DNA of 64,000 nt from Spirochaetia bacterium (GCA_963662265.2 CAXXHA010000029.1:128001-192000), one strand, 5' to 3'; counted from the stretch's first letter, positions 41,145 to 52,349 are shown. A program made the numbers and translations. The notes: generated by a model from the sequence alone, not told the origin.

Positions 41145-42351
41145 TCAGTCTGAATCCCTGTTCCTGTTTTTGAAATAATATTTTATCCCTTCAGCGAGAC
41201 GGTAGAAGTCTTCCCTTTTGCTGTATAATCCCAGTGAAAGTCTCAGCGATTTGGATGCTCTTTCCTCATTCCTTCCCATGGCTGTTAGTACCTGGGATTT
41301 CCCCTTTATATTGTCCGAGCACGCGCTGAATCTGCTTAAACATATATTATTGAATATGAGAAAAGAAATAAAATCCTCAATATCATATATATCAGGCAGG
41401 CTTATGCAGAGGACGCCGGGAACCCTGAGGGAAGGTGATTCAAGTATTATATTGTGAGGAAGGCTGGTGAGTATGGAAAGCCCCTCGGAAGTAAGTATTT
41501 TCAGCCTTTTATATTCACTGTCGCAGTTTTTTTTCAGCTGGGTAAATGCTTCTGACATTGCTGCAATTCCCGGCGTGTTTTCCGTGCCGGGGAAAAAACC
41601 GTTTTCCTGTTTGCCGCCGTCCCTGACAGGTTTCATCTGTATTGAATCAGGTTTGTAGAGAAGGCCGGTGCCTTTCGGCGCATATATCTTGTGGCTGCTC
41701 ATTGCAAACATATCACAGTAATCAATCCATTCTTCAAGAGGAAGTCTTGGTACTGCCTGCACAGCATCTGCAAATACAATACCCCCTGCATCCGCTATTC
41801 TTGAATATATTTCTTTGACAGGCTGTATACCCCCTGTTTCATGATTGACCGGGGAATAAACGCAGATGATTTTTTTATCCCTGTTTTCTGAAAACAGCCG
41901 ATGCAAGGGTTGAAAGGTCAATTCTTCCCTCTTCTGTTACTTTCAGTATTTTATAGCGGTGTCTCGGGAGTTCTGTTATGTTTTTAAGGACAGATGAATG
42001 TTCTATAGCTGTTGTAAGGAAGAATGAATCATTAAAGGTTTTATATAGGCCTTTTATTCCCGTAAATAGGGATTCGGAACCGGAAGATGAAAAATAGAAA
42101 TGATCCGGATTCTTCCCGAAAAAATCTGCAATATTTCTCCTGCAGTTATCCATAGCCTGCCAGGCGACAACTCCCGAGGCATGGTAGCTTGAGGGGTTTG
42201 CCCAGTGCTCTCTGCATGATTTTTCAAATGCGGCAATTGTTTCCTTTAGAACAGGAGTTGTCGCATTATAGTCCATATAAACAGTACCTGACTGTGCATA
42301 ATTTTTAATTTTAGTCAGCAACTTTTTTTTTCTTTCACAATTACAAGCCAT
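41145..42351 (-). CDS. Cysteine desulfurase (IscS/NifS-like), frameshift near 41908
   Basis: YMDYNATTP, ANPSSYH, IEHSSV, NHETG, DAVQ, SSHKIYAPKG (PLP Lys) and SAC catalytic Cys. Confidence 0.85.
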
Positions 42352-42590
42352 ATCGATATTTATTTTAAATAAGGAATTATGTCAATTCTTTTCAAGAATA
42401 ATTATTAAAATATGTACATACAATTAATGTTTAAATTGGAATAAGTTATTTAGCATGTTATTACTGAACATGAAAATTAAATAAGCTGCAACAGGTTATG
42501 ATTAAAATTAAACATATGGAGTAACTGTAAAAATCTTAATTCGGCCAATTTAATAGAATAAAAGTACAATATCTGATATATTAATTCCTG

Positions 42591-43767
42591 ATGAATAAAT
42601 ATACAGACAGAATCATGGATATTTATGATCCTCCAATAGTGAAATTCAAGGCTGAAGCTGAAAAGCGAATTGACAGAAGCAAAACTGTAATCAATCTGAA
42701 CCAGGCAGTCCCCTTCCTATCCTGCGCCTGTTGAAATCACAGATGCGGTGAGAAAGGAGATTGAAAATCCATCATATTCCTTTTATACAAAGGATGAAGG
42801 GAAAGATGAACTGAGACAGAGAATATCTGAAGAGGTAAATGCAATGTTTTCTGTAAATACAGAAATGGAAAACATATGTGTAACCTCAGGGGCAAATAAT
42901 GCCTTCTATTCAATTCTTCCGGTAATTGCGGAATCAGGTGATGAAATAATCATATTTACCCCGTATTACTTCAACCACTACATGTCAATAAAGGCATACG
43001 GAATTGTACCTGTTGAAGTTTGCTCTTGATTCTGATGATAATTTTTCAATACCATTTGAAGTTCTGAAGGAAAAAAATAAACAAAAGGACAAAGGCAGTT
43101 GTATTTGTCAATCCTTCAAATCCGACCGGAAGGTCCTACAGCATGGAAGAGGTTGAAAATCTTCATAATTTCTGCATGGAAAATAATATTTACCTTGTAA
43201 GCGATGAAGTCTATACCCATTTTCCATGATGATTATCCCATGCAGGGTTCTGTCATGAGGCTTGATGATTTCCTTGATTCAAGAACTGTGTGTATAAATT
43301 CCTTTTCCAAGATATACAGCATAACAGGGCTGAGGGCAGGTTACATAACAGCTTCTTCCGGTTTTATAAGGCAGTTTATAAAAATCCAGGATTCAAATAT
43401 TATCTGCGTATCATCTCTTGCACAGGACAGCAGCTCTTGCCGGAATGGATAAAATGTTCATCATGGCTTGATGAAAAAATAAGGCCTGATGAGAAGAAAG
43501 AAGGAAATGTTTTTAAAACTGTTTGCGGAAAGAGAATCAATGTTTAAAATTGTATCATCAGGTTCTTTTTTCCTTTATCTCAATTATGATAAAGAGATCG
43601 GATCTGAAGAACTCTGTTACAGGATGATTGAAAAGGAGAATATTGTTTCACTTCCCGGAACCTGCTTCGGTTCTGACCAGGGGAGGGCTTTGAGGCTTGC
43701 TCTTGGAAATGTTGAAAGTGCGAATATTCCTTTTGTAGTTGATAAACTGACAGGTTTCAGTATCTGA
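42591..43767 (+). CDS. Class I/II PLP aminotransferase with multiple frameshifts (assembly errors or pseudogene)
   Basis: Fragments in different frames: VTSGANNA, PYYFNH, NPSNPTG, SDEVY, SFSKIYSITGLRAG, PGTCFG, LRLA. Confidence 0.75.
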
Positions 43768-43808
43768 AAACAGGATGGAATTATTAAATAATAAACAGGA
43801 GTAACAGC

Positions 43809-44326
43809 TTGGATACAAATAAAACAGATATAATAAAAAAGTATTTCAATACAGATAATGTGATATTCAGTTTCGATAAAAAGATAAAGCTTGATGAATC
43901 TGCATATTCGCCATTTTTTATTGATATAAACGGGAATACTGTCCCATCCCGAAGAGAGGGATTTCATAAAAAAAAACAGCTCTGCAGTCTTCTTGAAAAA
44001 GAGGGAATTGATTTTGATATTGCAGCAGGAGCCGACCATTCAGGCATACCGTTTACAGTGGCTGTAAGCGGAAATTACGGTAAACCTCTTGTATATATAA
44101 GAAATTCCAACAAGAAAACACGGTAAAACAGAATAAAACAGAAGGAAGAATATCAGGCGGAGAAGATGCTGTCCTTTTTACAGACTACTATTCATCTGAA
44201 GAAAAGATAAATTTCGCAGTTGATGCTCTCAGGGAATCTGATGTGAATATAAAAGCTGTTCTTACTGTTTTAAACTATTCAGATGAAAAAGAGTATGATG
44301 GGATAAAGATCCTTTCCCTGTTTTGA
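43809..44326 (+). CDS. Degenerate orotate-PRTase-like domain (separate gene or N-terminal half of a fusion); two homopolymer insertions
   Basis: SPFFID, AGADHSGIP, KPLVYIRNSN. After removing one A from each of two A4 runs (about 44115 and 44125) it continues KKHGKQNKTEG...AVLFTDYYS. Confidence 0.6.
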
Positions 44327-44365
44327 TAAAGATGATTTTTTACTGATGCTGTAAGGGATAAAAGA

Positions 44366-45082
44366 TTGGCTTCTGATGAAATAATCAGGAAGCTTGAAAA
44401 AGGCAAAGATAATGTTGCAGCATCATACAATGAAAGCATGGTAAGGGAAGGGGCTGAAATACTTCTTGAAATAAATGCTGTTTCACTCTCTGTTTCAGAG
44501 CCTTACAGGTATGCCTCCGGTATACTGAGCCCGATTTACTGCGACAACAGGCTTCTTATCTCATATCCCGATAAATGGGACAGGATTATTGATTTCATGA
44601 TAAACCTGATTGAAACAAAGATAGGAATTGAAAATTTTGATATCATAGGCGGGACATCTACGGCAGGTATTCCCCATTCAGTGAAAATAGCGGAAAGGCT
44701 AGATAAACCACTTGTTTATATAAAGTCGGATACCGGAAATACCGGCAGGATGTCTGAAATAGAAGGCAACATGGTCTCAGGCAGGAGAGTTCTTATTATT
44801 GAAGACCTTATCAGCAAGGGGGGCAGCGCGTTGAAGGCTGTCAAAATGGTAAGGGATAAAAACGGTATTGTAGATTACTGCCTTGCTATTTTTACTTATG
44901 AAATGGAAAGCAGTAAAAAGGCATTTGAAGAAAACAGCTGCAGAGTTTTTACTGTTTCAAGGTTTTCGGGGCTGATAGAAACTGCGGCTGAGAAAGAATA
45001 TATAAACAGCAGCGAAATGGAAAAAGCGCTTGACTGGAACAGGGATCCTGAAAACTGGGGGAAAAAACATGGATTTGAATAA
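44366..45082 (+). CDS. pyrE: Orotate phosphoribosyltransferase domain
   Basis: YASGILSPIYCDNR, TAGIPH and PRPP motif VLIIEDLISKGGS; adjacent to pyrF. Confidence 0.88.
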   Translation: MASDEIIRKLEKGKDNVAASYNESMVREGAEILLEINAVSLSVSEPYRYASGILSPIYCDNRLLISYPDKWDRIIDFMINLIETKIGIENFDIIGGTSTAGIPHSVKIAERLDKPLVYIKSDTGNTGRMSEIEGNMVSGRRVLIIEDLISKGGSALKAVKMVRDKNGIVDYCLAIFTYEMESSKKAFEENSCRVFTVSRFSGLIETAAEKEYINSSEMEKALDWNRDPENWGKKHGFE

Positions 45083-46019
45083 TAATTTTGCAGACAGACT
45101 GCTGAATGCTATAGATGAAAAAAAGAATCCTTCTGTAGTGGGGCTTGATCCGAATCTTGAAAAAATGCCTCCACACATTGTTGAAAAATACCTGGGCGGC
45201 AGGGGGTTTGATCCTGAGGCCGCATCAGATGCAGTACTTGAATTCAACAGGGGAATTATTGATTCTGTATGCACAATTGTACCTGCGGTTAAGCCGCAGA
45301 TTGCCTATTATGAGGTTTTCGGGGAATTCGGTATAAAGGCATTCCGTGAAACTGTGGAATATGCTAAGGAGAAATCGCTTCTTGTAATCGGCGATGCAAA
45401 GAGAAATGATATAGGATCGACATGCCAGGCCTATTCAGATGCATTTCTCGGAAAGGTTAAAATCGGAGACAGCGAAGAGGAGATTTTCGGTGTTGACTGC
45501 CTCACTGTGAACGGTTACCTGGGTTATGACGGGATTGAACCGTATATAAAAAACTGCTCGAAATACGGCAGGGGAATATATATTCTTGTAAAGACATCGA
45601 ATAAGGGATCTGAAGAATTTCAGTGTATATCATGCGAAAAAGGGACAAACTTCCAGATTATGGGAGAACTTGTATCTTCCTGGGGTGAAGAGCTTGTAGG
45701 AAAGGAAGGCTACAGCTCTGTAGGCGCTGTTGTCGGTGCAACATTTCCGGAAGAAGCTGAAATACTCAGAAAACAGATGAAAAAAACACTTTTCCTTGTT
45801 CCCGGGTACGGCGCACAGGGGGGGACTTCAGATGCTGCAGTCAACTGCTTCAATCCTGACGGCAGAGGAGCGATTGTGAATTCATCCAGGGGAATAATAT
45901 ATGCGTGGATGGGTAAGGGCGATGGAAAAGACTATAAAAAATACACAGAGGAAGCTGCACTTGAAATGAAAAAAGATCTTGGAGCAGCCCTGAAAAAGGG
46001 GAATAAATACAGATGGTAG
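45069..46019 (+). CDS. pyrF: Orotidine-5'-phosphate decarboxylase (type 2)
   Basis: VGLDP, KPQIAYYE, DAKRNDIGST, LVPGYGAQGG, NSSRGI. Confidence 0.95.
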   Translation: MDLNNNFADRLLNAIDEKKNPSVVGLDPNLEKMPPHIVEKYLGGRGFDPEAASDAVLEFNRGIIDSVCTIVPAVKPQIAYYEVFGEFGIKAFRETVEYAKEKSLLVIGDAKRNDIGSTCQAYSDAFLGKVKIGDSEEEIFGVDCLTVNGYLGYDGIEPYIKNCSKYGRGIYILVKTSNKGSEEFQCISCEKGTNFQIMGELVSSWGEELVGKEGYSSVGAVVGATFPEEAEILRKQMKKTLFLVPGYGAQGGTSDAAVNCFNPDGRGAIVNSSRGIIYAWMGKGDGKDYKKYTEEAALEMKKDLGAALKKGNKYRW

Positions 46020-46300
46020 AAAATAAATCACAGAGAGCGATTATTACAGTTCTCGGGGCAGATAAAACAGGTATTATTGCAGGCGTTACAGCAAAGCTTG
46101 CCGAACTGAAAATCAATATTCTTGATATTACACAGACAACAATGCAGGACCTTTTTACAATGATTATGCTTGTGGATTTTGAAAAATCGGAAATAAGTTT
46201 TCACGATGTTGTTGAAGCACTCGAGGAGAGGGGAAAGGAGCTGAATGTTCAGGTCAGGATGCAGCATGAGGATATTTTCCATTCAATGCACAGAATCTGA
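46013..46300 (+). CDS. ACT-domain protein (UPF0237)
   Basis: ITVLGADKTGIIA, NILDITQT, QHEDIF..MHRI. Confidence 0.9.
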   Translation: MVENKSQRAIITVLGADKTGIIAGVTAKLAELKINILDITQTTMQDLFTMIMLVDFEKSEISFHDVVEALEERGKELNVQVRMQHEDIFHSMHRI

Positions 46301-46447
46301 TATATTTTCCCAGAAAAATATTTATAGATATTGAAAATATTGCTGAATAAATATCGGGCAAACATATCTATGAAAGAATGTTAAAAAAAGAGATAACTGA
46401 TTAACAATAATCAGACATGAAAAATCCAGTATCCGAGGATAAACAGA

Positions 46448-47809
46448 ATGCTTAAGACATCAGAAATAATTGAAACTATCAGGATGATTGATGAGGAGAA
46501 TCTTGATATAAGAACTATTACTGCCGGAATTTCACTTCTTGACTGCGCAGACAGCAGCGGAAGCAGATCCCGGGAAAAAATATATGAGAAAATTACCAGA
46601 ATTGCGGAAAATCTTGTAAAGACAGGGGAGCAGATAGAGCGGGAATATGGCATACCGATAATTAATAAAAGAATTTCAGTCACCCCTGTATCACTTGTTG
46701 CAGGAGCATCAGATGATACAGATTATACAGAATATGCAAAAACCCTGGACCGGGCAGCAGAGACCTGCGGTGTGAATTTCATAGGCGGTTTTTCAGCCCT
46801 TGTTCACAAGGGATTTTCAAAGGGTGACAGAATACTTCTTTCATCCATACCGCAGGCTCTTTCTGAAACAGAAAAAGTATGTTCATCTGTAAATATTGCA
46901 ACTACAAGGGCAGGCATCAATATGGAAGCTGTTGCCGAGATGGGGTATATAATCAAGAAAACAGCTGAACTCACAAAGGACAGGCAGGCGATCGGGTGCG
47001 CGAAACTCGTGGTATTTGCAAATGTACCTGAGGATAACCCTTTCATGGCAGGCGCATTCCACGGAGTGGGAGAAAGCGAGGCAGCGATAAATGTGGGAGT
47101 TAGCGGTCCCGGTGTAGTTCAGAATGCAATAAAAAAGATAGGCCCTGATGCTGATTTCGGTCATGTATCTGAAGCGATAAAAAAAGCTGCTTTTAAAATA
47201 ACCAGGGTCGGGGAACTTGTTGCAAGGGAAGCATCCAGAAGGCTTGGGATAAATTTCGGCATAGTGGATCTTTCTCTCGCACCTACTCCTGCAAGGGGGG
47301 ACAGTGTGGCACATATACTTGAGGAGATGGGGCTTGAAACCTGTGGTACTCACGGTACAACAGCAGCACTGGCTCTTCTCAATGACGCGGTGAAGAAAGG
47401 GGGATCAATGGCTTCCTCCTATGTCGGGGGTTTAAGCGGCTCTTTCATTCCTGTCAGCGAAGACAGGGGAATGATTGATGCGGTCAAGGCTGATGTACTT
47501 ACGCTTGATAAGCTTGAAGCAATGACATGTGTCTGTTCTGTGGGACTTGATATGTTTGCAGTACCCGGAGATACAAACGCAGAGACGCTTTCAGCAATAA
47601 TTGCGGATGAAGCTGCAATAGGTGTGATAAATCAGAAAACAACAGCAGTGAGAGTTATTCCTGTACCGGGAAGTAAAGAGGGCGATATGGTTGAATTCGG
47701 AGGTTTACTCGGAAGGGCGCCTGTAATGAATATACACAAGGCATCAAGCGATGTTTTTATAAGGAGAAGGGGTAGAATACCTGCTCCTATCAATGCGCTT
47801 AAAAACTGA
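46448..47809 (+). CDS. UPF0210 / DUF711 (PFL-like fold) protein
   Basis: ETIRMI...[41 protein letters not shown]. Confidence 0.92.
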   Translation: MLKTSEIIETIRMIDEENLDIRTITAGISLLDCADSSGSRSREKIYEKITRIAENLVKTGEQIEREYGIPIINKRISVTPVSLVAGASDDTDYTEYAKTLDRAAETCGVNFIGGFSALVHKGFSKGDRILLSSIPQALSETEKVCSSVNIATTRAGINMEAVAEMGYIIKKTAELTKDRQAIGCAKLVVFANVPEDNPFMAGAFHGVGESEAAINVGVSGPGVVQNAIKKIGPDADFGHVSEAIKKAAFKITRVGELVAREASRRLGINFGIVDLSLAPTPARGDSVAHILEEMGLETCGTHGTTAALALLNDAVKKGGSMASSYVGGLSGSFIPVSEDRGMIDAVKADVLTLDKLEAMTCVCSVGLDMFAVPGDTNAETLSAIIADEAAIGVINQKTTAVRVIPVPGSKEGDMVEFGGLLGRAPVMNIHKASSDVFIRRRGRIPAPINALKN

Positions 47810-47960
47810 TGCCTAAATAGATATTTTTTTGATTAAGATGAATGATTGGTTTTCAGGAAAATATCTGTTCCTGGTATTAAATATGAATGTCATTTAATGA
47901 TAATAAAGTCTGAATGGGAAATTATTAAAACATTTCTGTAGGAAAAATGAGGGGAATGAA

Positions 47961-48824
47961 ATGAATAAACCTGTAATGGAAGTTGCTGCTATACATGATT
48001 TATCAGGTTACGGGAGAGCATCTCTTACTGTTGCTATTCCTGTACTGTCTGCAATGGGGATACAGGTTTGTCCTCTCCCTACATCTGTTTTATCCACACA
48101 GACAAGCGGTTTTACCGATTATTCATTTGCAGATTTTACCGATAACATGGAAAAAGTAATTCAGCACTGGAAAAAACTTGATATAAAATTTGATGCGGTT
48201 TATACAGGTTTTCTGGGTTCCGGAAGACAGATTTCAATTATTGAGGATTTTATCAGGTTTTTCAGAAAAGAAAGGCAGATAGTTGTCGTTGATCCTGTTA
48301 TGGGAGATAACGGGAAATCATATGATACAATAGATGACGGAATTATCAACGGGATGAAGTCTCTTGTGTCTCTGGCTGATATAATAACACCTAACGTTAC
48401 CGAGGCTTCAATGCTGATTGGAGAGGATGTCAGGCTGGAAAGCGATAAACACAGGAAAACAGTTCTGAAAAAACTTTCAGAAATGGGTCCTGACAGGGTT
48501 GTAATAACAAGTGTTCCTGAAAAAAACAACAGGATGTCTGTAATAGCCTATGAAAGGAATACAGAAAGCTTCTGGAAAATGGAACATAATTTTATAGATG
48601 CCTACTACCCGGGAACAGGCGATATTTTTACAAGCGTTCTGACAGGAGCTCTTCTCAACGGGGAGAGCCTGCCGATGGCTATGAACAAGGCTGTAAGCTT
48701 TCTGTCGCTGGCAATTAAAACAAGCTACGGTTATAACATTCCGAGGCGTAACGGTGTAATGTTTGAAAGAGTAATATCAGAACTTCCAAAGCAGCTTAAA
48801 GTGCTTGAATATGAAACATTCTGA
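47961..48824 (+). CDS. pdxK: Pyridoxal/pyridoxamine kinase
   Basis: HDLSGYGRASL, YTGFLG, VDPVMGDNG, TPNVTE, GTGD. Confidence 0.88.
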   Translation: MNKPVMEVAAIHDLSGYGRASLTVAIPVLSAMGIQVCPLPTSVLSTQTSGFTDYSFADFTDNMEKVIQHWKKLDIKFDAVYTGFLGSGRQISIIEDFIRFFRKERQIVVVDPVMGDNGKSYDTIDDGIINGMKSLVSLADIITPNVTEASMLIGEDVRLESDKHRKTVLKKLSEMGPDRVVITSVPEKNNRMSVIAYERNTESFWKMEHNFIDAYYPGTGDIFTSVLTGALLNGESLPMAMNKAVSFLSLAIKTSYGYNIPRRNGVMFERVISELPKQLKVLEYETF

Positions 48825-49716
48825 GAAAAATATGCAGATTAAAGAAAACATGAACAGGAACGAGCCGGGAATGGTTGTCACTGATTTTGACGGCACCCTG
48901 TTCAGCGATGAAAAAAAAGTCAATGAGAAGGATTATAATACACTAGTAAGACTCGGAGAAATGGGGATAAAAAGGGTAATAGCAACAGGCCGGTCTATTT
49001 TCTCCGCATCAAAAGTCATTGAACGGGATTTTCCGATAGATTATCTTGTTTTTTCTTCCGGGGCAGGTATCATGAAATGGAAGAGCGGTGAACTGATCCG
49101 CCACTATTCAATAAAATCAGAATCAATCAGGAATATCTACAGTGTGCTTGAAAAAAGAGGAATTGATTTCATGCTGCACAAGGAAATTCCCTATAACCAT
49201 TATTTTTATTCTGTGAAACAGTCAGATGAAAAAAACAGTGATTTCGAAACCCGCTGCACTCTTTACAGCGATTTTATACTTTCAGGCGGCAGAAATGAAA
49301 TTTTCAAGCTTGAAAATGCCACACAGTTTCTTGCAATAAAAAGTTCAGAAGAATTTAATAATCCTGAAAAGATTTACCACGAGATTAAAGAGAGCCTTCC
49401 TGATATGAAAGTGATAAGAGCTACTTCTCCTATAGACGGGAAATCCCTGTGGATTGAGATTTTTCCTGTTGAAGTATCCAAGGCAAAAGCAGCTGATTTG
49501 ATCTGCGGTATAAAAAGAATTGATAAAAGCAATGTCATGGTGATTGGAAATGACTACAATGACGCTGATATGCTTAAATGGGGCGGGGATAACAGTTTTG
49601 TTGTTGAAAATGCTCCGGATGAATTTAAAAAAATATTCAGAAATGTAAGTTCAAATAATAGCTGCGGTTTTTCAGAGGCTGTGGAAAAATGGCTTTCAGG
49701 AAAAACTGAAGTCTAA
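48811..49716 (+). CDS. Cof-type HAD phosphatase
   Basis: DFDGTL, ATGR, VSK and GNDYND motifs. Start codon uncertain. Confidence 0.88.
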   Translation: MKHSEKNMQIKENMNRNEPGMVVTDFDGTLFSDEKKVNEKDYNTLVRLGEMGIKRVIATGRSIFSASKVIERDFPIDYLVFSSGAGIMKWKSGELIRHYSIKSESIRNIYSVLEKRGIDFMLHKEIPYNHYFYSVKQSDEKNSDFETRCTLYSDFILSGGRNEIFKLENATQFLAIKSSEEFNNPEKIYHEIKESLPDMKVIRATSPIDGKSLWIEIFPVEVSKAKAADLICGIKRIDKSNVMVIGNDYNDADMLKWGGDNSFVVENAPDEFKKIFRNVSSNNSCGFSEAVEKWLSGKTEV

Positions 49717-49977
49717 TACCTCCCGGTCTGGTTTACATTTTTTTACAGATATACTTTCTGAAATAACTGGGGAGGATTATCTTCAACTTTCAGAGTGATG
49801 GATATCTGAAAAATATATCGGGAATCTTTTATTCAAAACCAACAATCATGATTTCCATTTTTCAATAAATGCTTTATCATGGATTTGAATATGCTGACAT
49901 GATTATTTATATCTGCAATATACGGGACAGAGGTTTGTCAGAAAAATTAATGCTGATTTATATTACAGGGGATTTTT

Positions 49978-50511
49978 ATGGATATGAAATATGATATTAA
50001 CGGAGCAATAAGAAAGGTAAAGGATTTTCCGAAAGAGGGGATACTTTTTTATGATATAACAAGTGTGCTTTCCAATCCGGAAGCTTTTAATTACTGTCTT
50101 GATATTATGGAAGAACGTTACAGGAAAAGTCCTGTTACCAAAATAGCAGCAGTAGAGGCACGGGGATTTATATTTGCATCTCCACTTGCAGACAGGCTTA
50201 ATCTTCCTCTGGTGCTTGTAAGGAAAGCAGGAAAGCTTCCGGGGGAAACTTTTTCAAAAAGCTATTCACTTGAATATGGAGAAGACAGGGTGGAAATACA
50301 GAAATGTGATGTCAGTAGTGAAGATACATTTATTGTTATTGATGATCTTATTGCTACGGGAGGCACAATCAGGGCAGCTTGTGATCTTATTTCTGAAAAC
50401 GGCGGGAAAATTGAAGAAATATTTGCTCTTGTCGGACTTCCCTTTCTTAATTATGATCAGGTGCTTAAGGATTATTCAGTTAAAACTGTTGTAAATTATG
50501 ATCATGAATAG
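49978..50511 (+). CDS. apt: Adenine phosphoribosyltransferase
   Basis: DFPKEGILFYDI, EARGF, RKAGKLPG, LEYG, DDLIATGGT. Confidence 0.96.
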   Translation: MDMKYDINGAIRKVKDFPKEGILFYDITSVLSNPEAFNYCLDIMEERYRKSPVTKIAAVEARGFIFASPLADRLNLPLVLVRKAGKLPGETFSKSYSLEYGEDRVEIQKCDVSSEDTFIVIDDLIATGGTIRAACDLISENGGKIEEIFALVGLPFLNYDQVLKDYSVKTVVNYDHE

Positions 50512-50547
50512 TTTGTATATTTTATGAAACTAGTTTTTTGATATCTA

Positions 50548-50576
50548 TTGACATAAATATTGATTTTATGTATTTT
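50548..50576 (+). promoter_or_regulatory. Putative sigma70 promoter for the tRNA
   Basis: TTGACA, 17-bp spacer, TATTTT. Confidence 0.5.
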
Positions 50577-50664
50577 TATTTTCGAACAGAACAGATGATC
50601 TGAAGGTCACTGATTCAGTTCCTTAAAATGAATTGATTTTATAATCACTTCATTTTAAGTCTAT

Positions 50665-50738
50665 TAGCCCGATGGTGTAATTGGCAACACGCGAGATTCT
50701 GGTTCTCGTTTTGAGGGTTCAAGTCCTTCTCGGGCTGT
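50665..50738 (+). tRNA. tRNA-Gln(CTG), CCA not encoded
   Basis: Acceptor TAGCCCG/CGGGCTG; D-arm GTGT..ACAC; anticodon arm CGAGA-TTCTGGT-TCTCG; T-loop GGTTCAAGTCC. Confidence 0.93.
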
Positions 50739-50745
50739 AAAGCAT

Positions 50746-50782
50746 AACCGTTCAGTTTTGATAAGCTGAACGGTTTTTTTTT
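50746..50782 (+). terminator. Intrinsic terminator after the tRNA, shared with the convergent kinase gene
   Basis: AACCGTTCAG...CTGAACGGTT followed by a T run. Confidence 0.8.
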
Positions 50783-52349
50783 ACCGATTCAGGATTTTAT
50801 ATACCGTTTTCCTTACTTCAGAACCTGAAAAAGGTTTGTGCAGAATTCCTGTTAATTTAAATTCAGCAGGTATTCTGCTGCTGAAAGATATTAATCCTGA
50901 GCATAGTAATACAGGTACAGTTATATTGATTTCTGAAAGTTTTTTGATGAAGGAATCTGTATCTGTATTATTTATATAGATATCAGAAATTACCAGATCA
51001 AATTTATTATCAACATTTTCAATTCTTTCAAAAGCTTCATTGGGTGATGAATAAAATTCTGTCCTGTAATTGGATTTATCGAGAATACTGCGTAAAAGAG
51101 ATCCCAGTGATTTATCTTCATCAATAATGATTATATTTTCCCCGGAACCGGATAATGAATTATCCGGGATATTGATATTATCATCAGAATTATCTGAAAC
51201 CGGCAGAAAAAGTGCAATTTTCGTTCCCAGTCCCGGAGCAGAATGGATAGCTATGTTTCCCCCGTGACTCTTTATTATCCCGTATGCCAGAAACATTCCA
51301 AGGCCTGTATTACTGTTTTTCTTTGTCGTGAAAAAGGGTTCAAATATTTTTTCTTTGGTATAATTATCCATGCCGGCGCCTGTGTCACATATTTCAATTT
51401 TAAGATAATTTCCGGGACTCATATCGATATAATTATTCTGCCAGTGATAATCCAGATACTGTTTATTCAATAAGATACTGATTTCACCCTCTTTATCTCC
51501 AATGGCCTGAACTGAATTGGTACAGAGATTGAGAAGCACCTGGTAAATCTGTACAGGGTCTGCTGAGATCTCAGAATCATCATCAATAGTTGTATTGACT
51601 ACAATAGTTTCCGGCAGAGATGGAGTGATGAAATTAACTATTTCATTTATAATCGGAGATATTCTGACAGGTTTGAAATTCTTTGTATTCCTTCTTGTAA
51701 AGGAACGGATTTCATTTACCATTGATATTCCCCTGCCGACAGCTTCTTCTATTGATTCAAGAAAGGAAATCTGTTCAACAGGATTATTAATATATTTCTG
51801 GGCCATCTGGGTATTTCCAAGTATTGCCGCAAGTATATTATTGAAATCATGGGCAATGCCGCTTGAAAGTGTTCCAAGTGCTTCCAGTTTACGTGTCTGG
51901 CTTAATCTTTTTTCATATTCAAGTTTACTCTCTTCGAGTTTTTTCAATTCTGAAATATTTATATGCGTCCCTATAATCCTGTCAAGAGAACTGTCCGGTT
52001 TTAATATTTTCAAGGCTCTTGAGAGTATCCATGAATAGGAGCTGTCTTTTTTTCTAAGTCTGAAGTAATTCTCATACAGTTCCTTTTCTTTATCATTTAC
52101 AAAGTTATCGAAAGTATTAATTGCATTGTCTCTGTCTTCATCATGAAGCAATTCTATCCAGCATGTTTTTAATGAATCACTGTTAAAAGGCATAAAGCTT
52201 TCAATATTCCATCCAAGCATTGAAAAATATTCTTCGCTGAACCAGAATGAATTTGTATTCCTGTAATATTCCCATGCACCGGTCTTTGAAACACGTATGA
52301 AAGTTTTATATCTTTTTTCATTGAATTCTTTTTCATTTGCTGTTTCCAT
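50781..52349 (-). CDS. Cytoplasmic PAS hybrid histidine kinase
   Basis: PAS_3-like domain; GIAHDFNN; FEPFFTTK...GLG; divergent receiver. Confidence 0.9.
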   Translation of the reverse strand: METANEKEFNEKRYKTFIRVSKTGAWEYYRNTNSFWFSEEYFSMLGWNIESFMPFNSDSLKTCWIELLHDEDRDNAINTFDNFVNDKEKELYENYFRLRKKDSSYSWILSRALKILKPDSSLDRIIGTHINISELKKLEESKLEYEKRLSQTRKLEALGTLSSGIAHDFNNILAAILGNTQMAQKYINNPVEQISFLESIEEAVGRGISMVNEIRSFTRRNTKNFKPVRISPIINEIVNFITPSLPETIVVNTTIDDDSEISADPVQIYQVLLNLCTNSVQAIGDKEGEISILLNKQYLDYHWQNNYIDMSPGNYLKIEICDTGAGMDNYTKEKIFEPFFTTKKNSNTGLGMFLAYGIIKSHGGNIAIHSAPGLGTKIALFLPVSDNSDDNINIPDNSLSGSGENIIIIDEDKSLGSLLRSILDKSNYRTEFYSSPNEAFERIENVDNKFDLVISDIYINNTDTDSFIKKLSEINITVPVLLCSGLISFSSRIPAEFKLTGILHKPFSGSEVRKTVYKILNR

